Assembly (NCBI GenBank): GCA_964036045.1
Contig: OZ038378.1
Location: 180,110,001 to 180,174,000 of the forward strand
Length of the DNA stretch: 64,000 nucleotides
Direction: 5' to 3'
Source: Eutreptiella sp. 'Long Island Sound 2002'
Taxonomy: Eukaryota > Protista > Euglenida
Below the pieces are notes generated by a model that saw nothing but the letters and a program-made list of their open reading frames with translations, ran no database searches and had not been told where the DNA came from. This document shows, piece by piece, positions 49,212 to 63,000 of the stretch (within the stretch, counting starts at the first letter, position 1; every line of letters starts with the position of its first letter). A program made the translations under genes and the position numbers.

Positions 49212-49385
49212 GGGAGCATCCTATCCAATGCACACCGTGCACCCTGTACTGTACACTGTGCACATTTCAGATTGCGCCCTTGACACCGTGCACCACACAC
49301 ACACACACAAACACACCCACACAAACACACACGCCCGCACGCCCGCGCACCCGTGTTCCCGTGCACCCACCCACCCAGCTACCAG

Positions 49386-49423
<38 letters not shown>

Positions 49424-49666
49424 TGCCTGCCTACCCGTCCGCCCACCAGCCTGCCTGCGGCCTCACAATTTCTTACTTCTCTTCTCTTTCTTTCTCAGAG
49501 CCGCCCCTCCCCCCGAACCAACACGCACATTAGTTTCTCTTGAGGGCGTGGGCAAGTGTGGTCATTTGACGTGGCCTTACGGTGACGACTGCGGCTCCCG
49601 GCTTGCCAATCCCCCCATAGGCCCTGCCTGGCCGCGTGCATGAGATCATCCCACGTACATTTTCAG

Positions 49667-49770
49667 GGCACGCAGAACCAGTAGCACTGATGACCCATTT
49701 GTTGGCAGAAACGTCACAAGAGGCCCCTATGCGGGTGTTGGTGGAGGAGGCCAAAGCCATCCAGAAGGAG
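49667..49770 (+). CDS. Coiled-coil protein exon 13
   Basis: attttcag|gg HAEPVALMTHLL..AKAIQKE |gtgtgc. Confidence 0.75.
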
Positions 49771-50591
49771 GTGTGCTGCATTGATGTGTCGCGGATAATT
49801 GAGGGGTGGGTCCCTACTGCCAGTGTGATATGTTTGCGATGACTGGAACACCACCCCAGAGCACCTGAGGTGCCCTGAACGCCCGTAACCCCCGCTTCCT
49901 GTTCAGCTGGTTATTCGTGTGATTCTGCAGTTTGCACCGGATTTGCTTTGCATACCCCAATTTGTATGGTCTCATTTGTTTCCTGGTAAAAGTGAAAAGG
50001 GTTCGGTCTACCAAAATGAAGAGGGACAAGGGCGCAGGAACAGCCGAACACAGTGCGATGTGCCGGGGCACAGGGAATTACTGGGAGAAGGAACAGGGGC
50101 ACCGGTGAAGAACCCCGAACCCCGAACGGAGCAGAGAGTGCCTCACGCGCGGTGCATGCGCGCGGTGCATTTGGGCAGGACCGGCGTAGAACGATGATGA
50201 CGAGGAATGTGGCAAAAACGCGGTCATGCGGCCCTGGACAGCCGCACCGGGTCGTTTGTTTGGGTCCACTAAAGGGGCGGTGCGATGCAGGCAGTCTCAC
50301 AGACGGTCACGGAAAAGTGGCTGGAGAGGGAAAGGGCTGAAGGAACAGAGGAACAAAACGCAGAGGTGGGGTGGCACTGGACAAGAGGACAGCGGCACAA
50401 ATAGGGGGGCGCAGCAAGAGGCCCAGACACCAGCAGAATCGAATACCATCTTTATCATGTGTTATGGGGGTCCGAGTCGTGTTGGCAGCAGTGAAGGGAG
50501 TGCAACCCTTGAAAGTGGATCAGCACGCCACGCACGGGGACAATTTTTTGGGAGGCTGGCGCAGATATGCTCCCTGTCCACTGGTTTGCAG

Positions 50592-50725
50592 AGCGCCGAA
50601 ATCAATCGTGAGGTGATGACCACAGATGCGACGGTGCGAAAGAAGCGAACAACTGCCTCAGAGAAGGCGGCTGTAGAGGCCCTACTGAGGTGGAAGGAAA
50701 AGCAAGAGAAGATTGCAGAGCGGAG
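50592..50725 (+). CDS. Coiled-coil protein exon 14
   Basis: gtttgcag|agc SAEINREVM..LLRWKEKQEKIAER ag|gtgtgc. Confidence 0.8.
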
Positions 50726-50892
50726 GTGTGCTGCACTGATATGTGTGCTGCATGGCACCAAATGACTGGGCGGGTCAAAGGTCAGAGCGGGGCCCACCAA
50801 GACCCCAGGGATTTGGACCACGGAGCATTGCTTGTCCAGGATCAAATGCAGTACGACTGTATTACAACATGCTGCATGGCCCCTTGATCGTA

Positions 50893-51720
50893 CAGGGAGG
50901 GGGAAATTTTCGTCGGGTGAATATTTTGTTGTGGGAAATTTCGTACCTCAAATGTGTGCGAAATTTCCCGCTCAATTTTCAGGCCACTGTGCGAAATAAA
51001 CCCGGTGCAAAATTTAGCCACTGGGGATTCGCCAGAATTGCAGGAGGGATGCTGTATGTGTCCCACTCCCTGCTCTGTTTCTCTTTACCCTCACTTCTGA
51101 GTTTCTCAATTATGCACAAATTTTCAATTCTTGATGCGGTGTCAGAGTACTGACTGGCTGCTGTGACTATCAGGGACGCCTGATATGATATCGCTGTCTG
51201 TCTGTCACTGAGTCTTCTGAGGTTCAACCAGGTATGGCATAGAGAATAAAGATGCATTTTTCCCGTACTGAGGAGTGCATCACCTCAAGTTTGCATTTTT
51301 TTGCAGCACTGTCTGTCTGTTTTTCAATCAACTGTTGCGACATGTAAGGGTGGGAGGTTTTGTTTGTGCAGGAAAAAAAAATTCCCATCAGGCTTACCAC
51401 TGCAAGACTGGTGCTAACATCGTGGGGAGGATCGGGGAGGATGCGGAGAGGACTGGGGAGGATGCGGGGAGGATCAGGGAGGATGCGGGAACCTGCTGAA
51501 AGTGAAGAATGCAATCCTGGAAGCTCCTGGAACTTCGCAAAACAATCCTGGAACCCGCCGGAATTTGGCAGTGCAACGCACGTAATGCCCAGTAGTAAAC
51601 AATACAATCCTGGAAGGGTGCGAAATTTCCCGTGGGATTTTCAGGCCACTACGCGAAATAAACCCGGTGCGAAATTTTCTTGTGCGAAAAATTCCCGGTG
51701 CGAAATTTCCCCCCTCCCTG
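50893..51720. mobile_element. TA-flanked CAG...CTG TIR element (Tc1/mariner-like, non-autonomous)
   Basis: ta|cagggagggggaaattt ... aaatttcccccctccctg|ta. Confidence 0.75.
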
Positions 51721-52460
51721 TAACACGTGCCGCATTCACTTTTAAACATTGTAACACATGCTGCATGGCCCATTCACTACATCATGGCACATCACACCAC
51801 ACGCCATGGCTGGTGAAATTTTTACTTGGGGGCGGGCGGGGCCCTTGGAGCCCCCCCAAACTCAGGGGGGCGGGGTTTGTGAAAAGGGGATCCAAGGGCC
51901 ACAAGCTTATTTCCTCATTACAAATGTCTGAAATTTTTTGCTCCAACTTGTTTATTGGGGGAGGGGATGTATTGGAACGGCTGACAACCATAGGAGGAGC
52001 CCTGCCCCCTGGAGTGACTCAGTGACAGTGACAGTGACAGACTGTGACAGTGCCACAGTGGTTTTGTCATGCGAAAAACATGGAACAAAGAGAGCCGGCC
52101 ATTGGAGCCCACTTCAGGGTGGGGGGTTGGAGAAGGGGCCCCAAGGGCCCCCCACCACCCCCAAATAAATTTTTCCGGAGCCCATGAACATTGTAGCACA
52201 AGCTGCATTGCATTGCAGGAGATGCCGCATGCCTCATTCCGTGGCACCCATCATCCTTTTCTTTTCTTCCCCCTGATTGCCGTCTGCTGACCGCTCACTC
52301 CCAGTCTCCCCTCTTTCCCACATCTCCGAGTGTCGCTCTGGGTGAGGTGCTGTAGTGTGGTCCCATTGAAAGTCCATCAGCGCAGTTTACACACGCCTGA
52401 GGCCTGCGGTGTGCCTGTGCCTTCAAATGTGGCCGATGCACGTTCCGTTGTTGCGTGCAG

Positions 52461-52608
52461 GAGGAAGAATCTGCAGGAGATGTTTCAAGCACTGGAGACG
52501 TGGGTGCTCGGAGTTGCTTCGCCCGGTGACGTGACTCCAAGGTCCTCCCCGACCTCTCCCTCGCCCTTGCTACTCTTTGGTGGCCCTACCTCACCCTGTG
52601 TCTTCTGA
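52461..52608 (+). CDS. Coiled-coil protein last exon
   Basis: gcgtgcag|g RKNLQEMFQALETW..PCVF TGA. The 15 exons sum to 2493 nt (831 codons including stop). Confidence 0.8.
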
Positions 52609-52649
52609 TTTGGCCTGCTGCTTTCTGTCGCCTCTTCGCTGCTGCTGCT

Positions 52650-52830
<181 letters not shown>

Positions 52831-52834
52831 GTCC

Positions 52835-54900
52835 CCGCCCAAGGGCCCCACGCAGGAGCTGAACTGGGACCGCGTGGTTGACAGTATTTCTGATGCCTTT
52901 GCCTGGCGCCAGAGCTGGGCCAAAATTAGGAACAGCACATGGCCCACTGCCCTCTCCACATGGGCTTTCTCCTGGTGGCCACACAGAGCACTTCAGTAGG
53001 TGCGTTTCTATCTCGTGGGGGGGCAGCCAGACCCGGTCCGAACCCCCCCAACCCCCAGGGGGTCATAGCACATATCTCTAGGCCTCCCCCAGCCACAATC
53101 CGCTGGTACCAGCGGCCCCCTCATACCTCCTCCGCACCACTGCCCCCTTCTCAAAGGGCATGGCTCTCTACAACAAAGTTGCGGTTTTCCGCACACGCAT
53201 ACATACCTATCCCTTCACGACCTTTGTGAGGCACCCATCCACACAGTAGACAAAGAGCGCAGCAGCCTGTCCTCTGGATTATTATCGACCCAGCCCTCAC
53301 TTGCGCGGTGGTTGGTGGGGATGTGGTGATCTACCACCCCCACCATCCAGCAGATCATCCTGCAGTGCCCATACTATGGCTTTCAGGTCGTACGTGCCAC
53401 CTCCGAAGACACCACATGGCTCCTGAAACTGGTGGTCTAGTATGCCCCCGAACAATGGACAGGACACACTTATTTCGTGGCGGATGTGACGGCCTCCATG
53501 CATTGTGCGCACACCCCCCCCCCAACTCCATCACCAACCGTCCATTTAGGCAGGTGCATGCCGTCACGGTAGGCTTCCACAAGTTCTGGTTGCCTGCACA
53601 ACACAACTGCTCAATGCCAAGGCGGGCATTGATTAGGAGGAACCTGGAGGGACCTCCCTTGTGAGGCACCATGAAAGGCCAGCAAGTGTGCTTCGGAGGC
53701 CCTCTTCTAAGCCTCCCGCTAGGAGTTCGCAGGATTGGGTAGCTGGAGTGTTCACTCATCTGGACCACGAGTCCCGTCGTACCCGGAGTGAAGTCACCAC
53801 GGCCTTGCACCTGCGGGCCTTGCTGCATCACCCCCCCCACACACACACACACAGTCCACTATTACATGCGTGATTTTTGTGCTGCGCACGTAGACCACCC
53901 CTGGCCTCACGTGGCTTCCGGCTGCACCGAGTTTCTGCATCGCTGCACGTGGGCCTTGTCATGCTCTTGCCCTCCCAGCTCAACCAGACCGGGTCCTACC
54001 TCCGCGACGGGGTGACCTTGGTACAGCCCCACCAGGCCCACGCCGTCGCGTTGGCCCTGGAGAACAACCCCTCGGTACTCCCCCGTCTGTGCGCCTTCCA
54101 CACAGCGCTCTGCTCCCCTACTGGGCTCGTGTGTGAGCTCCTGGGGCCAGGGCCAGACCACCGCCCCGGTATACACACCGTTCTTCGAACCATGGCGGCC
54201 CCCAACCCCCCCTCCATGGACGACCTGCCTATGGTTCTTGACACTCTCGGGTACCCCACTCGTCCACTCCCCACAGCAGATCCACCCATACATACCCTAC
54301 ACCCCACGCGCGTACGGCCTCTGTCTGTGACCTTCCTGGCCCGTTGGGTCACTTGCCATCAACAGCGCTGGGTCATGTTGGCCGGTGGCCAGCTCCCCCA
54401 CCCCATCCCACCGGCACCGCGCCAGCAATGGGCGCATACAGCGCCCGTCCTGGTGCGCCCAGCCCAGCCGATGCGGGTATGGCGGACCTCCTTCACCACC
54501 ACCCAGACCTGCTCCTGGTGGTCACTCACACCACCGAAGTCCACTACGTGCTGACACACTGTGACCAAGACATGTGGGTCCTGGCCATCCGCCATCACAT
54601 GCTACCTTGGACAGGGGTGCACACACTGCTGCAGCCAGACCAGTCTCAGTGATGACCGCCCAGTGCTCGCGCTCTGGGGTTGCCAGGGCACGGACCAGAA
54701 TGCAGCACAAGGGTGCCACCAATTGACCTGGCGGGCTGCTGCCGGTAGAAGAACACATCCAAACAGCACAAGGCCATATAGCACCGAGCCTCCACACATG
54801 CACATCAGCACCACGCACGCCGCATGGCTCAGCACATGGTACGCACGTCCGCACTCAGGAAGGGGTGTGCCCCACTCGCCCGCTGTGTGGCAAGCCCAGT
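52835..54900 (+). mobile_element. Degenerate LINE ORF2, distal RT/thumb onward
   Basis: HMGFLL (YLG-like) and GMALYNKVAVF..TY. Frameshifted throughout. Shares motifs with the 5.5-6.7 kb insert. Confidence 0.45.
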
Positions 54901-55497
54901 GAGTGAGGTGCGCCTCGCCTGGCTCTTCAGAAGAGGCAATCCTTGAGCACTTAAGGCTCTCTGCGGACAAGGAGAGAATAGCCCAAAGCCCAAACCCCTT
55001 CGGGGTCATAGCACCAGTGGCGCGAGAAATTTTTTTTTCGGCTTAAGGGCTAATTTTTCAGGTTTCCCCCACATGGCAATAGTCAAAATGCTCAAATTAT
55101 AATGCACAATTCCAAAAAGGAAAGAAAGTTAGCCCGAATATATTTTTAGTTGTTCCTGCCAGCTTTGGAGACCTTGAGAAGGCATGGGTTACGTAGCCAG
55201 AATCGAATCTTCGGGTAAGAAAAGCCAACCCCCCATCAAGAAACTCCTCCACACCACTCTTCGGTCCTGTCGCCCTCCCACAGGTTTTTCAGGAGGAACT
55301 CTTTGGCCATAAAAAAAGGCCTGGCTGGGGCGCATGCCACTGTTTTATGGTGGCATGCCCGCAATGGACCGAGGTGCCATGTGTCCTTAACACAAATTCC
55401 CCCCACCCCCCCCCACGCGGACTGACAACTGGTGCAGCGTGCCTGCGCACAGTCTTGCGTGCCGCACGCACGTACCACGTGCGCATCTTCGGATCAG

Positions 55498-58400
55498 GTA
55501 CAACGACTTCCACCCGTCGGGCACCAAGCACAAGCAGTTCCCGCGCCCTCCGAAGCCCAGTGGACTACTGACCCGCTTGACCGTCGAGCAGTTGAGTGAC
55601 CCCAACACCTTCAAGGCCTACCTGCCCAAGTCCCCAACTGCCAAGCCCCCCTCACTGTGGGTCAGCGAGGCGCCCGAACTGCCTGAAATGCCCGGCAGCC
55701 ACCATTTCACTTTTCAGGTTCATGCAGCACGGATTTTGGGGAGAGGGCAGCCATATGGACGGGCAGGGCGCACCGCGACCACGTGCCACGGCGTTTGGAG
55801 GAAGGGGAAAGACGAAGGCTAGCGGGCATCGGGGGGGGGGGGGGCGCCGGCGGGTGCGTTCAGCAGAGCCACCCAAATACCCACACACCCGATGCGCTGG
55901 GGGCTCCATTGGGCGGACCGGGAGTCAGACACTGTAGAGTCCGGCACTGAAAGCGCCTCAAAAATTGTCTGGGGGTTATAAATGCCTGCGAACACCCACA
56001 GTGAGCACGGGGTAGTTTGTCATTTCTGGACCCCCCAAACATTGCGCCGGTTCCAAAAATTCCAAAGAACACCAAAGTACCAAAAACCCCATTTTTCTGA
56101 TTGTTCAGGTTCCAGTGATGGCGGGGCTTTTTTCGGTCCGGATAGGGATCCAATCGATTCAATCTTTTCTCATCGCAATCTGGGGGTTGCGGGGCTCCGG
56201 GGTATCCCCCCACCACCATCCGCAATCCACCAGCTCTCTACCCCTATCCATGCCTATCAGTGACCCCCTTCAATCCATCTGTTCTTGTCGTCGATCGTGT
56301 GGGATGTCTCGGTCAGGGGCATCGAGGTTTTTGTTGGAGTGAAACATTGAATCGTTTGGGGGTTGAGTCACGGGCCTGCTAAGTGCATTTCTGCCAGAAA
56401 GTGTGGAGCGCTGGGTTGCTGATCAATTATGCGGGGCTCGTTGGCAGACTAGAGACTGATGGTAGAGTCCGCCACTGACCATCAGGTGGTTGGTAGTCCC
56501 TCACAAGTTTGGTGGCCTGAATTGCGTCAGGCACCAACATCACCAGAATACCAGCTCATGTGGCGTGCCTGGCCAGACAAGTGACAGGCGAATGCACTTA
56601 TGTGCAATGAGTGTGGGTTTTTGAATGGCCATGAACCTACGAGGCTGACATGCAAATGAGAACATGGCATGAACCAAACGCAAACCGTTGGATTATTGGA
56701 GTAGTGACCATCACTGCCCCACTTGGCATTTTTGGTTCTTCCGTTTCCAGCCGTCGACGATGAGGTCGGTCATGGTCCGGCAAGGAGCGTCCAATTGCCC
56801 TGTACGCCTCGAGAACCCGGCGAATTCCTCCCTGTGGTCCGCAGATCAGTGCCAGACCCACCAAAACCCGCAGCACCCAAACTTTTGGAGTCAAATGCGC
56901 CGTGTGTTTTGGAAGATGGGCCGGGCGGGGGGGCCCATGCCTCCGCTTCTGACGGGCGGTCCGAGCCCAGGACGGACGCGATGAAGTTTCGGGGATCCCC
57001 CGGTTTTTCACTTGAGTGCGCCCCGCCCGCCGGCCCACGCAAGTTTGCACGCCTCTCGATTCGCAACGTGCACCACAGAAGAGGGCCAGTCTGACTGGCC
57101 ACGGGTTTCAGGTCTCGGTCGTGTGATCCCGCGGCACGGGGGCTGGCAGCCGAGCCCATGCAACACTTCTCACAATCGTCACGTTGCCATACCTCTCACG
57201 ACCCGCCCTCGCACTTCAGCGGTCATTGTGTCGCATGGCATCAACAGAGGGGTCAGCGTTCCACAGAGACGTGTTTGGCCCCCACGCGCACGTGCCCACA
57301 GTACCCGCCCCGCAACAACCCGCCAGTCCGCACCCGCCTCTCCTGCGTCCTGTGCGCCTCGCGCCCCTCGGACACGCCGCACCGCCTTCTCGCTCTCAGG
57401 GGGGGCAGGGTATCGATGGGCTCAGCAGCATGCTCTTGGTCAGCTCGGCGGGATCGGCCCCAAAGCGAACAACCCAAGGCAGGCTGGTCACGAGTGGTGG
57501 GGCTGCCCCCCGAAGGTATCCTCCTCGTGCCCCCCCCCCCCCCCCCCCTTCGTTGTGCCTCACCCGGACGCATGGCATGACGCCGTTGATCTGGACGACG
57601 CATTCTCGTAGCACTTCTTCCCAATCGCTGATCAAATGAGTGGAAAGTTCTTGCCCCCCGTCTTTGGACCGACGCCCCCCCCCCCCCCCGGCCCCCGAAT
57701 TCACCGACTCCTTCCCACACAAAGCGACCCCCAACACAAATGCCAAGACCACCTCCCAGACATAAGGGCACGCTGTCACTATGGCCATCCGGAGCTGTAC
57801 GCGGTGTTTTGCCCCAGGCCGCGTCCCTCGCAGGCCGTGCCACCCTCCTGCCGTACACACCCCGCGCACGTTGCACGTTGTGCCACATTCCATCGCTTCT
57901 CAACCCCCGGGCGCACTGGAGCCTATGCCGCCCACCCCCCCCCCCATCCCCGGGCGGCCCGGTGCGCGCCCGCGCACCCGACCCATCCTTCGTTCCCGTA
58001 CCACGACCAGGACCGCGTGTCCCAGCCTTGAAGCGAGCCCTTACCGGAACGCGCTTCTCACTGTGGCATGAGGGCGCGTCCTCTGGGCCTCCCCCAAGGA
58101 GCCCCCTGTAGGTTCAGCCTCTGACACCCTCGTGTACCCTGCAAACGATCCACACATGCCACGCGCACCACCACCCACACACGCCATACGTGCGCCTACG
58201 TGTGGGGTAAGTGGGGTTCACCTGGTGTGTGGTGTGGGTGTGAGTAGTTTGGGGCGCATGCACACCGCACATAAGATGCCAGGCACACTACCAACACGCG
58301 CTGCATGTACCATGCAAACCCCACTACCCCCCCCACACACACGCACCATGCAACCCACACCACCCATACCCACCACACGTACAATTCAAACCCCCGCTAC

Positions 58401-59786
58401 CCACACGCACGCGTGCCGTCGAAACCACACCACCCCCACACGCCACACGCACAATACAAACCACACCACCCCCACACGCCACACGCACAATACAAACCAC
58501 ACCACCCCCACACGCCACACACCCACATACGTCACGGACACCCACCACACACGCCAAACCGGTGCAGGAATCTCCACAAAACGCTTGAAAGACCTGCAGA
58601 ACAACGCCCTGCGCGGCCCCCAAGTTCCGGATCAGCCGCGTTCATCTCCATCCAAGACACCGGCGCCAACCTGTCCTCCCCCATTCCATCACCACGAAAG
58701 GTTGCCGCCCCGCCTCCTGTCTCCAAACCCATGCTTCGTAGCTTACAACTGCCCACTGCCAGTGGGAGATAGGCCTATCATTCATGAGTGACTTCATGCG
58801 GTCACTCCATAGGGTCGTGCACGGGAGGTCATGGCGAAGGGCGGGGCGACAGTAGCTCATGCAGGGGAGGGCAGCGGGAAGGGCGGGGCGACACTAGCAC
58901 GTGCACACGCATGGGCAGAGGGACATACATGCAAAGTACATACAGGAGGGGGCGAAATTTCGGCGTTAAGAAAAGTGGCGGAACCCCCCCCCCCCGGCGA
59001 ACCATCCAGAGCCCACCAGGAAATAGCAGCGAGCTTCAGGATTCCTGGAAGGGGCGAAATTCCCCCACCCACCCACCCTGTAGTAGTACATGGCAGGAAA
59101 TATCTCTTGGTGCTGTTTTTCTTTTTTCTAGCGACCCAATTCACAGCTGCCATGCCAACTCCTTCGATTGCAGGGGCATTGAGTGACGTCTTGTTCAATC
59201 CCGAAAGATGCAGCCAGTAGTTGATTGCGACAGTGGAACTTTGTTCTGTACTGGCGCACTGGGTATACGTAGAATGATGTCCAACCGCCCACCCCCTTAC
59301 CCCCCCGCCTGCATTGTGAGCCCCCCCTTCCATTTTACCATTTTTACCACGAACTAAGAACTGTCCTTTGGAGGCACCCATGGCATTCAGAGAAGCCGGT
59401 GTCGTTTGGCGCTGAGAAGTTGCCTGGGATTGAGGCTCGGCTGTTCATGGGCCATTGGCTGTGCACTTGATTTTTGTTGATCAGAGATAGATGACCTCTT
59501 TGATCGCTAAGGAGGGCATGGGGGCAATGCCTCCTGCAGAGAGGGGCATGGGGATATGGGCGCGTGCAGGGGAGGAGATGGGGGCCGTACCTCCTGCATG
59601 GGAAGCACCGTGGGGCATGCAAGGCATGGTTGCGGCCGATGGCAGGTTCGCGTTTCACACCACGCGGTTCTGTCATCTTTGCAGGAGTATTTGGCATACC
59701 TGAACGGCATCTCCTCTGGGACAATGCCCACAAACCGGGGCGCTACCCCTCCGAGTGCGATGGTCAATAAACTCCCGCCCACATGA
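55498..59786 (+). CDS. Partly resolved multi-exon gene, Ser/Pro-rich unknown protein
   Basis: Exon-like blocks with AG/GT edges: 55498-55717, 56751-, 58568-, 59133-, and terminal 59685-59786 (EYLAYLNG..TGA). Not all phases could be chained. Confidence 0.4.
58380..58530 (+). repeat. ~39-bp tandem repeat x3
   Basis: aaaccacaccacccccacacgccacac repeated. Confidence 0.75.
58943..59080. mobile_element. Short TA-flanked CAG...CTG MITE
   Basis: ta|caggagggggcgaaattt ... aaattccccc..ccctg|ta. Related to 50893-51720. Confidence 0.6.
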
Positions 59787-60070
59787 CCCACGGTGCTGTC
59801 TGCGTTCCGCTCGCAGGCCAGCGGCTGCAGTCTTCAAATGGTCTCCAGACCGATCTGCCTCTCATCTTTTTCCATCCCCCCCTCCCCTCTTTCTTTACCT
59901 GAAGAGGGGTTGCGCCGCCCAAGCCATTCAAGGCATTCTGCCGGACTTTCCACAGCGTTTTGCTGATTTGTTTCGCTGCCCAAACACCCAGGGGACGAGG
60001 CGCCCATGTCCGATTTGCCCCGACCTCTTCAGCCCCGCGGTGCACTACACAATGCATCGGGACTGTTCTG

Positions 60071-63000
60071 ATGACAATTTCTGCTGCCACATTGGCCACA
60101 GAGCCACGGACCGCAGCCCGTGTCGGCGCACATCACTGGCCCGAGCGCATCCACGCTTTGGCACAGCGACCTGCTGCGGCAGCAACCCTCTGCTACTTCA
60201 GACGCGATGATGTGCACGTACCAAAGGGGACCCCTTGGGGCCTCATATTCAAGGGGGCGGGGGGCATGCACAGTATGATGTCATCCACATGCCTTTGCCT
60301 GTTTTGCGAGGGGAAAGGCTCCAGTTTTGCAGTTGATACCGATGCAGATTCGTGGGGATGTTTGAAAGAGAGCAATGGGACAATGGGACAATGTGGCTGC
60401 CTGTGGCCCGGTCGCTGGCGGTGATATAGGTTTTGCCCGCTTTGCTGCTCTCGGGAACCCCTCCTTCCAAAGTGTTATTCAGCCCGACATGTGTGCCTCA
60501 CAGTGATTGGCGCGCCGTGGCGATCATTTTATGACGTGGGTGTTTTTCTGCGGTAAGCGGTGGGAGCCGAGGGCAGGGCTCCTTTTTCACAACTCGGCAC
60601 CACTGTGGGGGGGGGGGGGGGGGGCGGCGAAAAAAGGTTGTTCCGGGACTCCAGATGGTTGTGCTTTGTGTTCGGCCTACGAGACCGGGGGGGATTAGGG
60701 CAAAAGACATTTAAAACAGGCAAAAAACCTGAAATGAGCCTCTCATTTTTGCCTCCCTATTCAAAGTTTCATTTTGAAAGGAATATTTTTTGGGTTTTGG
60801 GTGTGTGGGTGGTTTGGCTTGGGTGGGTGGGTCCGCCAGATCAGCCCCCCCGCCCCCCCTGTGGATAAGCACATCCCTGGTCCATGGGTCGCATGTCGGG
60901 CCTTTGGAGGTGCGGTCGATGGGACCATGGGTATGGACTTGTGCATACGAGCCCAGGGTGCACGCAACCGGAGACAAGCGGTAGGTTCCCCCGCTCAAAC
61001 GGCATGCAGGAAAAGGGCGCCGTGCGGATAGATTTGCAAGGATGGGCGGTCCAACAGCCTCCCCGGAGCTGGTGAGCTACCTCCAGCCACTGGCGTGTGG
61101 CTTCTCACCTCAGGCAGCTTGCGACTGCCTCCAGTGTGCATTTTCGTTAGGGCTTCTGCACAGCACCTTTCGTGGGGAGCAGTGACAGGGGCCCAGGGTC
61201 CCTGCATTTTTCTGTACAGACCTGATGGCTATGGGAACACAAATGGAGGGTCCTGTTGGTTCGTCGTTGGATCGTCGTCTGCAGCACCCAAATTGCATCT
61301 CAAGAAAGTGCGTGCAATTTCCAATTGGAAATCCGTAATTTACTTCGCACATTGTCGTGCATCCCCTGTCCTGTCCAACGAGGCCGGCTGAGGGCTTGTC
61401 GTCGCCGCAGACAGCCACGGCAGGGTCTCCATGTTGACGTGTACTTGAAACAAACCTTTGCCTCGGGGCTTTCCCGCTGGCGTTGGGGCTCTATGGGGGC
61501 GTACCGTGCGCTGTGCGCGCGCTGTGCGAAAAGTTGGCTGTTCTCCACCACCGGGAGTTCGGTAAGTTCAGAAGATTGAAAGGACGTCATTGAATGGCTG
61601 CTGCAGTGGACGGGGCTATAGGGGGCAGAATTTAGGTCCCTAGGACCCATGGCAAGCATCAGATGTTTGAATATTTGAGTTTTGAATTGATTGTGCATGA
61701 TTCCGCAGGTGGGTGGTTTTCAGGGTTGTTACCTGGATAATCACCGTAATAATTGGCGCTGTGCGCGCGCTGTGCCCGCGCTGTGCCCGCGCTGTGCGAA
61801 AACGCCCCCTATCGGTCGGTGGGTGCGTGCGTCGGATGCCACCAAAACGTCTGCGCACCTGCAACCGCCTTGGCTCTCAGCGGAAATGCTTTTTTTTCTG
61901 CGCCGTCGACTGATTTCCAGATATCGGGGGCATAGGCGGCGGAATTGTCGACCAGCCCCTCCCGGACAGGCGCCTCATCTTCAACCTCCGAGTTGCCGAG
62001 CAAACGTCTGATGTGGAATGTCGACGCTTCCGCTCCCTCGGGGACCGGCCCACGGGCGACGTGAATAGGCACCTGCGCACGCGCGCGCGCGCACGACGCA
62101 CACACACACGCTTTCAGGCCATTGCTTGGTCATGGATATGCCCTACCCCGAGGTCGAGGGTCGGCGGGCGGCAAGGGCGGGGGGTTGGGGGGATGGGTCA
62201 CCACTAACCCCCCCTGTGGTTGAGGGCGTAAGGGTTGTTGTGGACGGTTGTGGGTCATTGACAGACTCCGCGCGCGGCACACCTTTGTTTGCTTCCATGC
62301 ATTTCTCTCGTTTTGCTGTGGTATCATTGTTTGCATCCGCTGGGGTTGGGAGCTGGTACACCACCGGCCAGGGAGTAGGGGACAGCTGTGCCTGCTTTCA
62401 GATTTGGTGGGGGAGAACGGCCACCGCCTCTGGAGTCATGAAGCACTGGCCTGCTCTCCAAGCGACCGCCACATTTATGCCGGTTGCCGAAGACGGGGAT
62501 TCGCTGGCCGTCTTTTTGTGTTGTCCGTCTGCTTCGTGAGGGTATCGGTGTTGCGTGCCAGGCCCCGACTCCCGGGCGTGTTCGGGCAGCACAAAAGGCG
62601 TTGCCTCCCGCGACACTGCGCCATCCTGAAGGCGGTCCGGGTCCGCACGCCGCGGCGCTGCGCTGCCTCACCGGAGCGGCACGGGCCCCGGGCCGTCCGG
62701 CGTGCCCGCGTGGGTTTCCCGATTCTGTGGCACAATGGGGCCTTATAATGGGCCCAAGCCCTTCCGCGCCCCTCCCGTTCGGTTGCGCAGTGCCGTGCTG
62801 CGGTGTGCTGTGGCGTGTGTCGTGTGGTCTCATGTCCCTCGTCTTTCCACCCGCTCCCATTCATCGCCCATAATCGCAAAATTATGTGTGACCGGCTCAA
62901 TCCGCACCCAATGTCCCGCATGAAATGCCCGACGGAAACTGACGGAGGGGCTGATGCCCAGAGCCGATGCGGATGTGTTGCGCAGAGCAAGCCCGCGGTC

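Noticed and set aside
57253-58110. Minus-strand exons (SDWEEVLRECVVQING; SLPWVVRFGADP)
   Set aside because: They conflict with + strand exon-like blocks and would need a homopolymer correction. Unresolved without cDNA.
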